From Lama guanicoe (Eukaryota), in NCBI GenBank assembly GCA_013239625.1, contig MU056029.1, positions 434,001 through 498,000 of the forward strand: DNA of 64,000 nt. Reading direction: 5' to 3'. The position numbers and the translations under genes were made by a program. Under the pieces are notes generated by a model. That model was given only the letters and a program-made list of their open reading frames with translations, was not told the DNA's origin and did not search any database. Shown one piece after another: positions 13,601 through 27,309 of the stretch (the first letter of the stretch is position 1; every line of letters begins with the position of its first letter).

Positions 13601-15044
13601 GATCCTTTGATTTTTCAGTGTGAAACCAACACACTCAAAGCAAAGGTGCTTGTTACTCGGCCACAGGGATCTCAGAGGCCTGACACACACATTCCAAAAC
13701 TGCCTGCACAGAACACACGCCCCAGGACCCCACGCCAGCTGGGTTCCTGAGCAGCCCTCAGCTTCCTTCAGGTCACTGGGACGTGACCAACTGATAGCCC
13801 AAGCAGAGTCACGCCGGGGCTGGGCGACACCTTCCCAAGCCGCGTGTTCAGTGTGAAAACCCACACTTGGACCATATACATCACACAGCATCCAACTGCA
13901 GCCCCAGGGCTCTGTGCTGCAGGCCGTCCTTCAATCTCTGTTGTAGCGCAAGTAATATTTTATTAATCCAGCAACAGGGGTTGCGACTCAAACACAGATC
14001 AAGTTGTGATTTTCCGCAGCTTTAAACTCCACTGCGACGGAGTCCCCTGAGGCTTCTTAAGGGAAGTGTCCCATTGAGACCTGAGGTTCTTGAGTAAGGG
14101 TGTTGCTTGCAGCACTTCCTTAAAACCAAGGTCCCCTGAGCCAGCGAGGAAAGGGCGGGCGTTACCCCGAGATGCTGTTCTAGAAGTCACCTTTCTTTAC
14201 AGTTAGCAATCAAGATGTTTGCAGAAGCATTTCCTATTGAGAGCTCCCTCACTGTTCCGTAGGACTGCAAGACGCCAGCCTGTGTTTGGTATGTCTTGTC
14301 TCACAGGAGTCAGTCTCCAGTTGAGAGTGTTTATTTTAGTGTAGTATTTCTCTGCAGCACTCATCTCTTGTAAATACATTAAAAATACGTATTTACCCAG
14401 GTGTCAACTGTGACTTAACAACACGCATTTATCCAAGACCCATTCTTTCTAGAAGACACTGGCTGCCCCTCAGCATCTAATCCTGATTTTACAAGCAAAG
14501 GGCTGTGACACTCCCAGGAGTAAGACAGGTTGATAAGTAACTCCAGGCTGTGTGCATGATGCACCCCTTCCAATGTAATTATCTGAATTACTCATAACAG
14601 TAAGATAAAAGGACATTAAGATAAACTACTGGCGGATACTTCCAAGCATTCATTTAAGCTAATAATCCCGAGTGTTTTAAATATTCCTTGTAACCAGAGA
14701 ACCAAGTCTCCTGAAAGTCAGGAGTAATCATAGCGAGTCTTCTATTTGCCCTGAATTCGTTACCCGTAAGTCTTACATGTTTATGCCCACACCTGTGAGA
14801 GGTGCTGTTCCCAAGCTCTGCATCTCTGCCGGGACAAGTAACGTCTGACACTGCCGTTCCCCAGGGAGCGAGGTGGGCGCGTCTTCGCCCCTCCTCTGGT
14901 TTGCAGTGGCGCAACATCCTCAGGGACTGGGGATCCCTCCCGAGGCCGTGGTCCTGGCAGCCTCATGCACCCACTGTCCGGGTCCTACGCACCCTGAATT
15001 TCTGTGTCTCCTTCTCATATCTAACAATTACAGTGCTTCCAAGG

Positions 15045-17900
15045 GATTTTTAGGGTGATGAAATTATTCTGTATGATACTAAAGTGGTGGCTACATGCCA
15101 TTATGCATTTGTCACAGCCCACAGAATGTACAACAGCAAGAGTGAACCCTAATGTAAACTGTGGACTTTGGTTGATTAATAACGTGTCCGGGTAGGTTCA
15201 TCGATTGTACCAAACATGCCACACTGATGAGGGAGGTTGAGGGTAGGGGAGTATATATGTGTGGGTGGGGAGGGCTGTGTGGGAACTCTGAATTTTCTGC
15301 TCAGTTCTGCTGTAAACCTGAAATTGCTCTAAAAAAAAAAATAAAGTCTATTAAAAATAATAAAAACAAATGATTATAGCGCTTCATAACAAAATGATCG
15401 TTTTTATTTTAAAATAATTATAGAAGGGGTGGGGGATAAAGGTCAGCAGTAAAGCACGTGCTTGGGGTGCCTGAGGCCCTGGGTTCAATCCCTAGTTCTT
15501 CCGCTAAGGGAAAATAAATAAATAACATTTATTTAAAAAATACATACATAAAATTTTTAAAAAAAAATAATTACAGAGTCACAGGAAGGTGCAAAGAAAT
15601 ATACAGGGAGGGCCTGTCCACCCTTGGTGCACCTCCATCTGACATCCTGCACAATGAGGGCACAATGCTGAAACAAGTAAACTGGCGGTGTCATCACCCA
15701 CCGAGCTGGCGCGGAGCTCATCAGCTTTAAGCGCCCTCCCATGTGCATGCACCCTTCCAAGCATTTCCCCACGTGTCACCTCTTGTAAAGACCACGTGAA
15801 GATGCAAGGCCCCTTCCTGCTACCACCTCTCCGTAGCCACATCCACCCTCCCCGTCCCCAACCCCCGGCAGCCACTCATTTGCTCCCTGTCTCCATAATG
15901 ATGTTATGTCACAAATGCTACAGAAATGGGATTGCGCCGCAGTTTCCTCCTGAATCAGCTCTTCACACTCAGCAAAGTGTCCTCGAGGCCCATCCGAGTG
16001 GTTCTGTAGCAACAGCTCATTCCGTTTTATTGCCGGGTTGTCCACGGTGTGGACAAACGCTTCACCCGCTGAACACTGGGGTGGTTTCTAGCATTGGGCT
16101 ATTAGGAATAAAGCTGCCATGCACATCCGTGTGCAGGTTTCTGGGTGAAAAGAAGTTCTCAGTTCTCTGGGGTAAGTGTCCAAGAGTAGAGCTGCGATCA
16201 TACAGGAGTTCTAGTCATGGTTTTAAAAGGACTATTTCCCAGAGTGGGTGTATCTTACAGCCCTGCCGGCAATATAGGAGAGCTTTAGCTTCTCTGCATC
16301 CTTGGCAACGTTGGCTGCTATCACCATTTTTATCCTTGCCATTCTGGTGGATGTGCAGTGATGTCGCCTTGCGGTTTTAATTTGCATGTCCCTCTTATCT
16401 GAGGATGCCGAACATTTTCATGCACTTGCTGCCATCTGTGTGTCTTCTCCAGTGAAATGTCTTCTCATGTCTTGCTCATTTTCAAACTGGATATTTTTTT
16501 AATGTGCAATCTTTAGAGTCCTCTTTTTATTCTGAATACAAGTGCTTTGTTAGGTATGTGATCAGCGAATACTCTCTCTCAGTCTGTAACTTGAATCTCC
16601 TTTGTCTTAACAGGGTCTTTCCCACAGAAAATGTTTTTAATTTTGAGGAGGTCCAGTTTATCAACATTTCCTTTTATGGATAGTGTTTTTGGTATCATGT
16701 CTAAGAACTTTTTGCCTAGTCCTCAATCCTGAAAATTTTTTTTTTATGTTTTCTTCTAGAAGTTTTAGTTTTACATTTAAATCTATGATCCTTTTGGAGT
16801 TAATTTGTGTATGAGGTGTAAGGCTTAGAGTATTTTTCTTCTTTCTTTTTCTCCTTTCTTCTTTCTTTCTTTCTCTTTCCTTTCCTTCCTTCCTTCCCTC
16901 CCTTCCATTCTTCCTTTCCTTTCTTTCTTTCTCCCTTTCTCTCTTTCTTTCTTTCTCTCCCTACGGGTATTAAATTGCTCCTACACAGCTTCTTAAAAGG
17001 CTATACTTCCTTCATCAAATTGCTTTTGGTTCTTTGTCAGAAACTAACTGGATGTATTTGTGTGGGCTTACTTCTGAGTTCTCTGTTCTGTTTCTTTGAT
17101 CTGTGTGACTATCCCTTTGCCAACCCCACATCGTCCTGAACTCTGCAGCTCTAGAGAAAGCAGTAATCCTGGGAACAGTGATTCTTCCCATTTTATTCTT
17201 TTTCAAAACCGTTTTGGCTATTCCAAAACCTGTGCTTTTCCATACAAATATTAGAACAAGCCTGCGCATGGCCACAAAGACTTTGCTGAGGTTTCTGACA
17301 GGAACTGTGTTAAACCTAGGGATTTACTGACACCCCTACTATGTTGATCCCTCCCACCCATTAACATGGTATGTCTCTACTTTTACACAAATCTCCTTTC
17401 ATTTCTTCCATCAGCATGTTGTCATTTTCATCACACAGATCTTGTATGAGCTTTGTTAAATTCACACCTAAGTATTTCATTTTCTTTGGAGCAACGATAA
17501 ACGGTGTTGGGTTTTCGATTTCAGTTTCCACTTGTCCACGGGCAGTACACAGAAATTCAGCTGCCTTGTCTGTGATGATGCTGTGTGCTCGAATCTTAAT
17601 AAGCTCACTTCTTAGCTCTTAGGAGGGGTTGTCTGCTGTTTTGTTTTATTTCTGGTGGTAGATTTCTTAGGATTTTCTTCAGAAGTGATCATGTTTTCAG
17701 CAAGTTGAGTTTTGTCTTTTTCTTTCCAACTTGTGCATTTTTTTCTTACCTTCCTGCAGTGAAGAGAACTTCTAGCGCTGTTTCCAGCCAGAGTGATGGA
17801 GTGGACATCCTTGTCTTGTTCTCATTCCTAGGAGGGGAGGCATCAGTCTTCCACCGCGAGTATGATGTTGACTCTGGGAATTTTGTACGTGGGATAAGGG
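15045..17900. mobile_element. Old L1M fragments: plus-strand 3' end at 15045-15365, long minus-strand piece at about 15560-17900; degenerate SINE at about 15424-15540; TC-rich repeat at 16835-16960
   Basis: aacagcaagagtgaaccctaatgtaaactgtggactttgg motif. Degenerate ORF2 peptide IAKTVLKKNKMGRITVP...WQRDSHTDQRNRTENSE. Confidence 0.8.
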
Positions 17901-18483
17901 AGTGTTAAATACCTGCCTGGGCTACATTCCACTGTGCTGGGGGTAGGTGGGCAGGCACCCCTGGGCCGGGGTCTCCTTGTGCCACAGGATGGAGAGCGGG
18001 GCACCCAGAGCTGTATACCACAGCTGCCCTTACAGGAGGACCAGTGCCCTGGGTGCCCATGGGGCTCTCCTAGGTCTCTGCTGGGCTTCCCTGTTGGCCA
18101 GGCAGAGCCTTTTCTGTTTTCCTTTTTCTGTACTTGTTGGCAGTTCTCATTATAGGAATGTCCATGCCCAAGAGGCCATGCATGAGAGACAAAAAGGGAA
18201 CCCAGAGAGCTCACTGGGCTATCAGTCCCCGTGTTCTGAGGCCTCAGACAGCGCCTCCTTCGTTCAGCACCCAGTGGCCTTTTCCTGCTGTGTGGTGAAT
18301 AATTTCCAGGATTTGGCTGCCAGGAGGAGCTGGGAAAAGTGAACCGATATCATCGTGTTCTGAAACTGGAAGTCTCTCTTTTTCTATTTTTTACCATGTT
18401 TCAATAAACTGCAAGAAACTAAAACATCAACTTTCTTGTACTTGTATTTTCCAGATATTCCTATAAGAAATGCATCATTTTCA

Positions 18484-18637
18484 GGGGGAGGGTAGAGCTC
18501 TGTGGTGAAGTGTGTGCTTAGCATGCATGAGGTCCTGGGTTCAATCCCCAGTCCTTCCATTAAAATAAATAAATATACAAATAAATAAACCTAACTACCT
18601 CCTCCCATTTAAAAAAATGTTTTTAATTAAAAAAAAA
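18484..18637 (+). mobile_element. Vic-1-like SINE with a 19-bp TSD
   Basis: B box gggttcaatccc. TSD aagaaatgcatcattttca on both sides. Confidence 0.93.
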
Positions 18638-20297
18638 AGAAATGCATCATTTTCATAGTGTGATGAATAGAAATTACCTAATCTAGACATATGATCATGG
18701 TCAACAGCCTCTTAGGCCTCAGTCATAAATGCTATCCCTGGTTTTATATGGTCTCTTTTACAGCTAAAAGTCTGACTTTTTGAGCAAGCAGTTTCATTTA
18801 AATATTAAAATTACCTTCCTTCATCATCCAGAATTTTAAAACCTAGTGTTCTAAACAGCTGTAGGGGTGCCAACAGTTTAATGTTGGAAAGGGGGTACAA
18901 AATAAAACTGGGCAAACTCGTCCACCACGGTCATTCCACATGCCTCCATTCCCCCCGTCCTCCCACCCCCGCCAGAGAGGAGATGTGAACCCAAAAAGAA
19001 GTAGATCCGTCCTCCACTCCCATCAGCCCGCAGTGTGGCTGGGACATTCCAAAGTCTTTCCTCACCACTCAAACCCGCATCAGTGTGTGCAGAAGATCCT
19101 AGGGGCACACTTCCACAAATGTCAAATTTCGAAACAGAAAACAAGAGACAGAAGGAAACTCCCTCTTCCGTGCAATCAGAGCGAGATGTGATTAAGTGGC
19201 AGGGAGGGGAAGACCTCCTTGAGGAACATGCCTGAACTTCACCTCTGTACAGGCCGATTGGTAGGTCTTCCCCGCCAGTGCCCAGATCCGGAGCAGAAAA
19301 GAGACACTCCTCTCTGCGCAGGGGTTTGTCGTCTGCATCCTTTGTTGTAGAGCACGCACGTGTGCACGCACATACACACACGTGTGCGCACATCAGTTTT
19401 TCTAGGAACCTATGAATGAAGACAGTTTCTTTCCACATCCATCCCCAAGCCCTGACTTCAGAGAATCCCATCTCCTCAGATTTCGCCGCAGCACCCAGAA
19501 CGGAAAAAGCCCTTTGGCGATGTTCAAGGAGAACGCATCCCTGATGTGAAGATAAACACCTGGTCCCCGCGTGAAACTCCCAACGCCTGTACTCGCCGGG
19601 TCCATCACGCCACGCCCACCGCTCCCGCCACAGCGCCCACCAACTCCAGAAGCTATTTCTGGATGCTTTTTTTCTGGTTGAAAACCACAAACTAAATTCA
19701 CGAACACTCAACAGACACTGTCAGAAAGGACTGGAGTCTCCTTTTCACTTACTTCCTCCCTCCCGTGGTCTTAAAGCAGTTTTCAAGTATTTGTCTAAAA
19801 TGACAATAGTATCCTCTGCCAAACTGCGACAAAGCCCACCTCACTAGCAATGTCTGCTTATGGCAACTCAAGTGGAGATGGCTCCTTACTCTACTATTGC
19901 TCCAAATAATACGAAGGAGCCAAAATCTGGGAAACAAATGACCCAAGGCCACAGAGCACACATGTATTTAAAATGCCTTTGTCACACACACTTTGATAGC
20001 TTGTTTATTATTTCTTGAGGGTTCTATGTCACAACACTACAATTTGCGTGCTTTCAAAAAGGGAGAGAATTTGCCACCCAGTAGAAATGACCACGGGATA
20101 ACAAATCTTGAGTTTCTCTCCGCCTCCCACGTCTGGCCAGCTGGACCCTCTACAAAAGGGAGGCTGAATAAACTCCTACCTCAAATTAAATTATGACGCA
20201 AATAAAAAGAACTTTACACACCTTCCTGAACTGGGGATTCTGATGAGGGTAATGAGGCTTAAGAAATATTTGTCTAAGCACCTATGTTCCCAGTGCA

Positions 20298-20420
20298 TTT
20301 TATTTTGAGGGGGAGGTAATTAGGTTTATTTATTTATTTACTTAGTAGAGTTTTGGGGATGGAACCCAGGACCTTGAGCGTGCTAGGCACGCACTCTACC
20401 ACTGAGCTATACCATCTCCC
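20298..20420 (-). mobile_element. Vic-1-like SINE
   Basis: Consensus match on the minus strand. Confidence 0.88.
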
Positions 20421-21175
20421 TTAATACATTCATTTTTATGATGTCCAATTTTTCAAGAAATCTGTTAATTTTTCAGGTAATCAAAACGGAATTAAATGAG
20501 ATTGTTTTCCTTTAGAAACAATTTCAGTGTTCCTGAAAGCTTTCACAACGTGCGCAGAGCAAGCACTCACTGGTGAGTAAGAGGGGAGATCGCAAGCCCG
20601 CCGTCTTCAGTGACAGATTGTAGGTCCACCGAGCTCTCTCCTTCTCTCCTGTTCCTCCAGTCACCAATCAGCACGCTTCTGATCTGACCACATGGGGCAC
20701 AGCCTGAACAAGGGCGTGGTCAAAGAATCGAACTGACCCAGGAAAAACCCCGAAATGCAGGGAGATGGTGGCACCTCGTGCGACGAGGTGGAACTCACCA
20801 AGTAAGACCTCGCCTGGTGATTCTCAGGAGCTGTGAAACCCCCCTGGGCTCTGACTGCAGGGAATCAAAGCGTGAGCATCAGTAAAGAAGACAGGGAGAA
20901 ACAGTCGCCAAGCGCAACGAAGACCGAGTCAGGCCTGCAGAATCACTAAGTCAGTGGGCCCGTTCTCCCACGTCCGGGCATCAGAGGCCGTCCCGGCGAC
21001 AGTGATGCCGGGTGCCCCCACCAGTGTGCGCTGCAGATAGCCCACGGCTGTGCCGGTGGCCAGCGAGCAGGGCCGCCTCTGGACTCAAAAGGAGTCTCAA
21101 GCTTAAATACACAGGGTGGGATGACACACAGGCAACGGGACCAAAAAGGAGCATCTGACTCAGCTAAGCTTGCGG

Positions 21176-21193
21176 CAGCGCCCCCTGGCGGCA
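21176..21193 (-). promoter_or_regulatory. Candidate CTCF site
   Basis: Minus strand TGCCGCCAGGGGGCGCTG closely matches the CTCF core CC(A/G)CCAGGGGGCGC. Confidence 0.6.
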
Positions 21194-21939
21194 GGTGTGT
21201 TGGTGCGGGGGCAGGTGCGGTTACCAGGCCGCTGGCTGGGCTCCTGGAGGACTCTGCCCGGCTGCTGGCTCCCGGAAGGCAAGACCCTGGGTCTGCACCA
21301 GTCCCTGTGGCCAGCGATGATCGATGATCGGGAGGGTGGGGAAGGGGACGGGGTATGGGGAGGGGAGTGTGGGGGTGGGGAGGGACATGCAGACGTCACT
21401 GCAGCCTCAGCACCCTCTGCCACCACTGCAGCTGGGGCGGCTAGGGCTTCCGACGGCCAAGGAAATGCTCATCCCAGCAGAACGCCAGATGTGAGTGACA
21501 CCTGGCTTCACCAGGAGGTTCCAAGAGTTAAAGGAGAAGTTGTAACACTTATAAACTGAAAATGACAGCTCCATTAGCAGTGAGGAGGGGCGGCCACTGG
21601 GGAGGTGCTGACAGAGGCAGGAGTAGGTAAGTTAGGAGGTGAAGTCAGAGGCACAAGGAAGCTGAAGAGGGCCTGGTGCCGAAGGGGCTGCCCCAGCTGT
21701 CTGGTACCTGGCCCTGGGGGCCTGGGGGCAGGGGCACGGGGGCCTTGCGTGTGACAGTCTGATAAAAGGAGGTGTAGGGTGTGGGCTCTGGATTGGTTGG
21801 TTTGCATATGAAAGGCACACTCAGGCCAGTCCTTTGCTCTCTTCAGGAACTGGCTGGTCCTGGGAGGAGCCATTCTTCCACAGGCAGCAAGTCCCCAGAG
21901 GTCAGCACACAGGACAGAGACAATAAAAAGATGAGGGAT

Positions 21940-22490
21940 GCAACCCAATGTCCATCAACAGATGACTGGATAGAGAAGTGGTATATTTATACAATGGAAT
22001 ACTACTCAGCCATAAAAAAGACTAGAATAGTGCCATTTGCAGCAACATGATGGACCTGGAGATCAACATTCTAAGTGAAGTAAGCCAGGCAGAGAAAGAT
22101 ACCATATGGTATCATTTATATGTGGAATCTAAAAAAAAAGGACACAAATGAACTTATTTACAAAACAGGGACAGACTCATAGACATAGAAAACAAACTTA
22201 CAGAGAAAAAAAGAAAACAAATTTACAGTTCGAGGGCAGGGGGAAAGCATTGGGGAGGGCTAAATTGGGAGTTTGGGATTTACAGATACACACTACTGTA
22301 CATAAAATAGATAAACAACAAGGTCCTACTGTACAGCACAGGGAACTATATTCAGTATCTTGTAATAGCCTATAATGAAAAGGAATATGGAAAGGAATAG
22401 ATATATGTATAACTGAATCACTATGCTGCACACCAGAAATTAACATAATACTGTAAACTGATTATACTCCAAAAAAAATTTTAAAAAAAA
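21940..22490 (+). mobile_element. L1 3' end
   Basis: CPSTDDWIEKWYIYTMEYYSAIKK ORF2 terminus, 3' UTR and A tail. Confidence 0.92.
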
Positions 22491-23972
22491 AGACAAGAAC
22501 AACACAAGCCTGAAGAAGAAAGAACTAATTTGGGATGTCACTACATGCACTGGCTGGGACCAGAGCCAAGAATGACAGACACAGTGCTCTCTCCACCCAT
22601 CCACACCCCCTCCAGCAGCCCCTGCACACTGTGAGAAAATTCCCGTTACGTCACAGAGGAATCAGTGGGAGTGAAGAGAAGAAAGTAAGAGCAGAAGCGG
22701 GGAGGTTAGCGTGCTCAGCGCTGAGTGTCTACAGAACCCGGGAAGCCGTCCCTGCCGTGGGGTGGCCAGAGCCCCGGGGCTCAGCCCCGCCCTGACCTAC
22801 AGCTCCCCAGGGAAGAGCCGTGGCCACAGCACGCTGCCCCGGGTCGACGTGTGAAAGACAGGGACATGGCAACCAGATCTCAACGATTCTCTGTAATGAA
22901 TCAAACTTTCCACCCCACTTAAGAGCAACGATTTTCTTTCCAAAAAAAAAAAAACAAAAAATAAAACAAAACTGTTAAGTGGAAAATATTACAATGCCAG
23001 TCACTATGTGCCGGGAACAGTCCACACATCTGATCTAACTGAAGTCTGTCACGGCAAAGTAAATACAGAAAATAAAGAACGAGGATGACAGTTGCAATAC
23101 GGAATGTCACAGCCTAGGCTTCTACCTGTTAGTCATGAGAGGACCCAACTACTAAAATATCGGGCAGTCAATAAAAGAATTCTTTTAGAAAATAAATTAA
23201 TGCCATGTGTGTCCTGAGGCTGCTGACTGAAGAGGGAGCATCTGTGGCCCTCACTTGCCCATAGGAGACATTCTGGAACAAATCTTGGATGCACTTAAAA
23301 ATGGCTTGTTTGTTCAGAGAGACACAAGCTGAGAGCATCCCAAGAGGGCCGCTCGCTGCCTCCCGATAACTCACTCCTCCCTGCGCTGTCTTTTCGCCCT
23401 AGATGGTTCTGGGTTTTCTGAGCCAACAGACTTCCCGAGCCGCTGAGGATGACCAGGAGACAGAGAGTGAACAGATGGGTTTGGGAGCTGAGATGAAACT
23501 GATTTCCAGCTTGGCGGAGGGCAGGGGAGGACACTCCGCCCGGAGTGCTGGAGAGAAAGCGCTGGGACCCGGAGGTGGCCGCACCCTGTGAGTCAGCCCG
23601 AGGCTCACTGCTCCGCCCACCACCTGACGGGTGGACTAAGTGGGGAGACCTGGGGAGGGGCACCGCCCGCGGGAAGGAGGCTGGCGGACCCGGAGTGGAG
23701 CCCGGGCGGCTCAGGTGGGATCCACGCGCGTGGTCCACGCCCACCTCCCCATCCACAGCTGGCACACGGCGCAGATGCCACCCAGAGTCCCAGTGTCGCA
23801 TCTGAGAAAGGAGAGAACTTGGAACCAAAACTGAACTCTCCTGATCTTGATTTTCCTTTAGTGGGACAGAAGAGTGGTGAAAAGTGTCTGGTGACAGCTT
23901 GGGCTTCCTTCCACTTCATTAACCCTTCAGGTACTGGATTCCTCTAGGGGCAGAAGTTTTCCCTTGGGGCGA

Positions 23973-24120
23973 GGGGAGGGTAGAGCTCAGTGGTAGAGCG
24001 AATGCTTAGCATGCACCAAGTCCTGGGTTCAACCCCCAGTACCTCCATTTAAATAAATGAACAAACAAAAGACCCAAATAAGTAAATAAAAACCTAATTA
24101 CCCCTCCTAAGAAACAACAA
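23973..24120 (+). mobile_element. Vic-1-like SINE
   Basis: ggggagggtagagctcagtggtagagcgaatgcttagcatgcac...gggttcaacccc, flanked by gttttccctt repeats. Confidence 0.92.
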
Positions 24121-24878
24121 GGAAAGACGTTTTCCCTTCAGAAAAGCACTGCTGGGCCAAAGAAGACAATCAGCAAGGCAAGCTAGGGAGTGGGGCTCTG
24201 GGGGCTCACAGAGCTTTGGAAGGGGCAGACTTTTAAGACCCAGCCCACCCTCCTGTCTGTTCACATCCTGGGGCCTTTCTAGGAAAGTCAGTTCCTGAAA
24301 GAGGCAAACCTCAATGCGGAAGAAAATTTAAGACAGATAGGGAGCTTGTTTGACTTCCCTACTCTTCTAAACTCTGGGGGCTCTGGAGAACCAGCCTTGC
24401 GGGGAGCCCTGCATGCTCCGTGCTGGAGGATGCCCACCCTGGCTGCTCAAGGCTGGTTCTCCTTTTGAAAATCAAAGACTCCCTGTGGGTTGTTGTTGCT
24501 TCTTCAAAGGTTGATTAAGCAAAAATGAGAAACTCAAAGACATCCTCAAATAGGTCAATGAGTTTAAGTCATTTGATGTTTTAAAAACCAAAAAAAGAGT
24601 TCGACCAAATCCAATGGATTTATAAAACACATCCTGCCACACTGCTTGCTAATTATTAATCTAAACAAACAATGCCTTAATGTCACCACTTCCCTGTAGT
24701 GCTTCTCCAGGGAAGTGCATTTCTAAGAAGATACCTGAGCCACCAGGGGCATCCGGAGATTACCAGGGACCCAAGAAGTTAGCAACAGAGTCCACAAGCA
24801 ACTTTCAATATTTCAAGATGCTTTCAAAAGCTGTCTGGTTACTCACGATAAAACTACACAGGCTAGAGGAAGGTACAA

Positions 24879-24989
24879 GAGGAGGGCGTAGCTCAGTGGT
24901 AGACGCGTGCTAAGCACACACGAGGTCCTGGGTTCAATAATAAACCTAATTACCTACCCTCCAAAAAAAACAAAACAAAGCGAAATAAT
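24879..24989 (+). mobile_element. Vic-1-like SINE with an internal deletion after the B box; 13-bp TSD
   Basis: ggttcaa joins directly to taataaacctaattacc. TSD actacacaggcta at 24853-24865 and 24990-25002. Confidence 0.88.
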
Positions 24990-26084
24990 ACTACACAGGC
25001 TAAATGACAAAGTTCTTTGTTTTGGCCAGAAATAGATCCACTTCACTATAGTAACAACATTAGGAACATTCCGACCCAAAGATCTTAGCAACAATGATAA
25101 TCAGTAGCGGGAGTAATAACTGTATTAAGGAGCTGCAGTCAACCTTTTCAAATATTTACCTGCCTGCCGGGGCTTGGCTCAGCCCCTCCGTGCAATGTCT
25201 CACTTAACTCCTCACAGCACGCCCAGACGGCGGTCCTCACTCCCGTTTAAAGGAGGAGACTGGGCCATAGAGGGAGGCATCTGCCCAGCGTCTTCCTGAC
25301 AGCATGCGTTCAGTCTCATTACAGGCAGTTTAATTGCTGCTGATTGACTTGAAATGGGCAAAGGAATTCATTATTACCTAATGAAAATAGTTTGGTAGGC
25401 AAAGCATTTCAAGATACAGTATCCAGGATGGAGAAATAACCAGAGGGTATGTCGGAGGCAATGCCAACAAACCGTTCCCTGAGAAGATGCAAAATAAGGA
25501 AACAGAGAGAGCCCAGCAACGTGTGCTCTAAAAAAGCAAAGATCAAAATAGCTGCTCCATTTTTCCGTGAATTCCTTTAATGCACCATATATAGCAAGGT
25601 CAGTCTTGTACAAATAAGTTCATTGAGCTCCCTTAGGAAGGGAATTCAACCAGAGGCTGGACCGGCCCATTGTGAAGGGCAGAGCTCTGGCCCCTCTCAA
25701 TCTCCCCAAGTCAAGGAATCCAGATACATGGACAAGCTTTGTCTTTAGAATGTCTTCCAAAAGTGCTTCTGAATGAAGGCCTGACTGGTCTTGGCAACTG
25801 GGCGGTTCTTTATGGAATGGGACCATCCAGAACTAGGCAAGGCATCACATGCCACTGAGCACCAAATCCTAGGAAGACCGGCAGTCACTGTGATAACTGA
25901 ATATTTGCAAACATGCCCAGAGGAAGTCCCCCGCAGAGGAGACACTTGACTCCTTCCAGGAAAGATGGAACCTGCAGAGTCGATGATCCCCACAATAAAT
26001 GAGCATCACTTGAGGGTCCAGGGAGACAGCATGGACGGACTCAGCTTCTGAGGCCACTGAAAGCTACTGAAGAATTGTGTTAAA

Positions 26085-27100
26085 AATAACAAAGCCACTA
26101 ATCAAATTCAAAAATGGGCAAAAAAATCTGAATAGACACTTTCCCAAAGAAGATACACACATGGCCAACAGGTAAATGAAAAGATGCTCAACATCACTAA
26201 TCAGCAAGTAAATGCAAATCAAAGCCACTAGGAGAGATCACCTCAACCAATCAGAATGGCTAGTACCCCCTCCACAAAAAAAGAGAGAGATAACAAATGT
26301 TGGCAAGGATGTGAAGAGAAAGGACCCTCTGTGCACTGCTGGTGGGAATGTAAATTGGTGTAGCCACTATGAAGAACAGTATAGAGATTCCTCAAAAAAT
26401 TAACACTACCATATTATCCATCAATTCCACTTCTGGGACTATATCCAAAGGAAATGAAAACACTGTGTCAAAGAGATACCTGCACCACCATGTTCATAGC
26501 AGCATCATTTACAATATCCAAGATATGGAAACAACCTAAGTGTCCATCAACCAATGACTGGATATAGAAGATGTGCTGTATATACACAATGGAATGTTAC
26601 TCACCCATAAAAAATAATGAAATACTGCCATTTGCGACAACATGAATGGACCTTGAGGGTATTATGCTAAGTGAAATGTCAGACAGAGAAAGACAAACAT
26701 ATCTGATCTCACAGGTGGAATCTGAAAAAGAAAACCTCACAGTAAAAGAGATCAGATGGGTAGTTATCAGAGGTGGAGATGGGGAGAGTGGATGAAGGTG
26801 GTCAAAAGGGAAAAGCTTCCATTTTTGAGGTAAGTAACTACTAGGGTTATAATGTTAAGTACTGGGAATATAGTGTTAACATGATGACTACAGTTAACAC
26901 TGCTGTGTGGTATATTTGAAAGCGGCTAAGAGAACAAATTCTAAGAGTTCTCAACGCAAGAAAAAAAAATTTCTTTTGCTTTTTTTGGTATCTGTATGAG
27001 ATGATGAATACTAAGTCAATTATTGTGGTAATCATTTCACAATATATGTAAATCCTTCTTATGCTCTTCACCTTAAACATACACAGTGCTGTATTTTGTG
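26085..27100 (+). mobile_element. L1 (L1MA-like) ORF2 end and 3' UTR
   Basis: aaaatgggcaaaaaatctgaatagacacttt...atggaccttgagggtattatgctaagtgaaat. Confidence 0.9.
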
Positions 27101-27309
27101 TGTGTATATATATATAATATATATATATATTATATATATATCTCTCAGGAAAACTGAAAAAAATAACAAACCCTCTTTGGTTGGAAAAATGAGGGTAGAA
27201 AACATTTAAGCTGAGCTTGTAATATGGACCAAAAGAAATGATTGGCAGTATTCTAGTAAACTGAAGCAAGTAAATTATAAAAAGGATTATAAGGATACCA
27301 TATATATGG

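Noticed and set aside
18878..19711. 277-aa minus-strand ORF and other 100-230-aa ORFs across the window
   Set aside because: No recognisable homology or exon-like structure. Many run through simple repeats or transposon relics.
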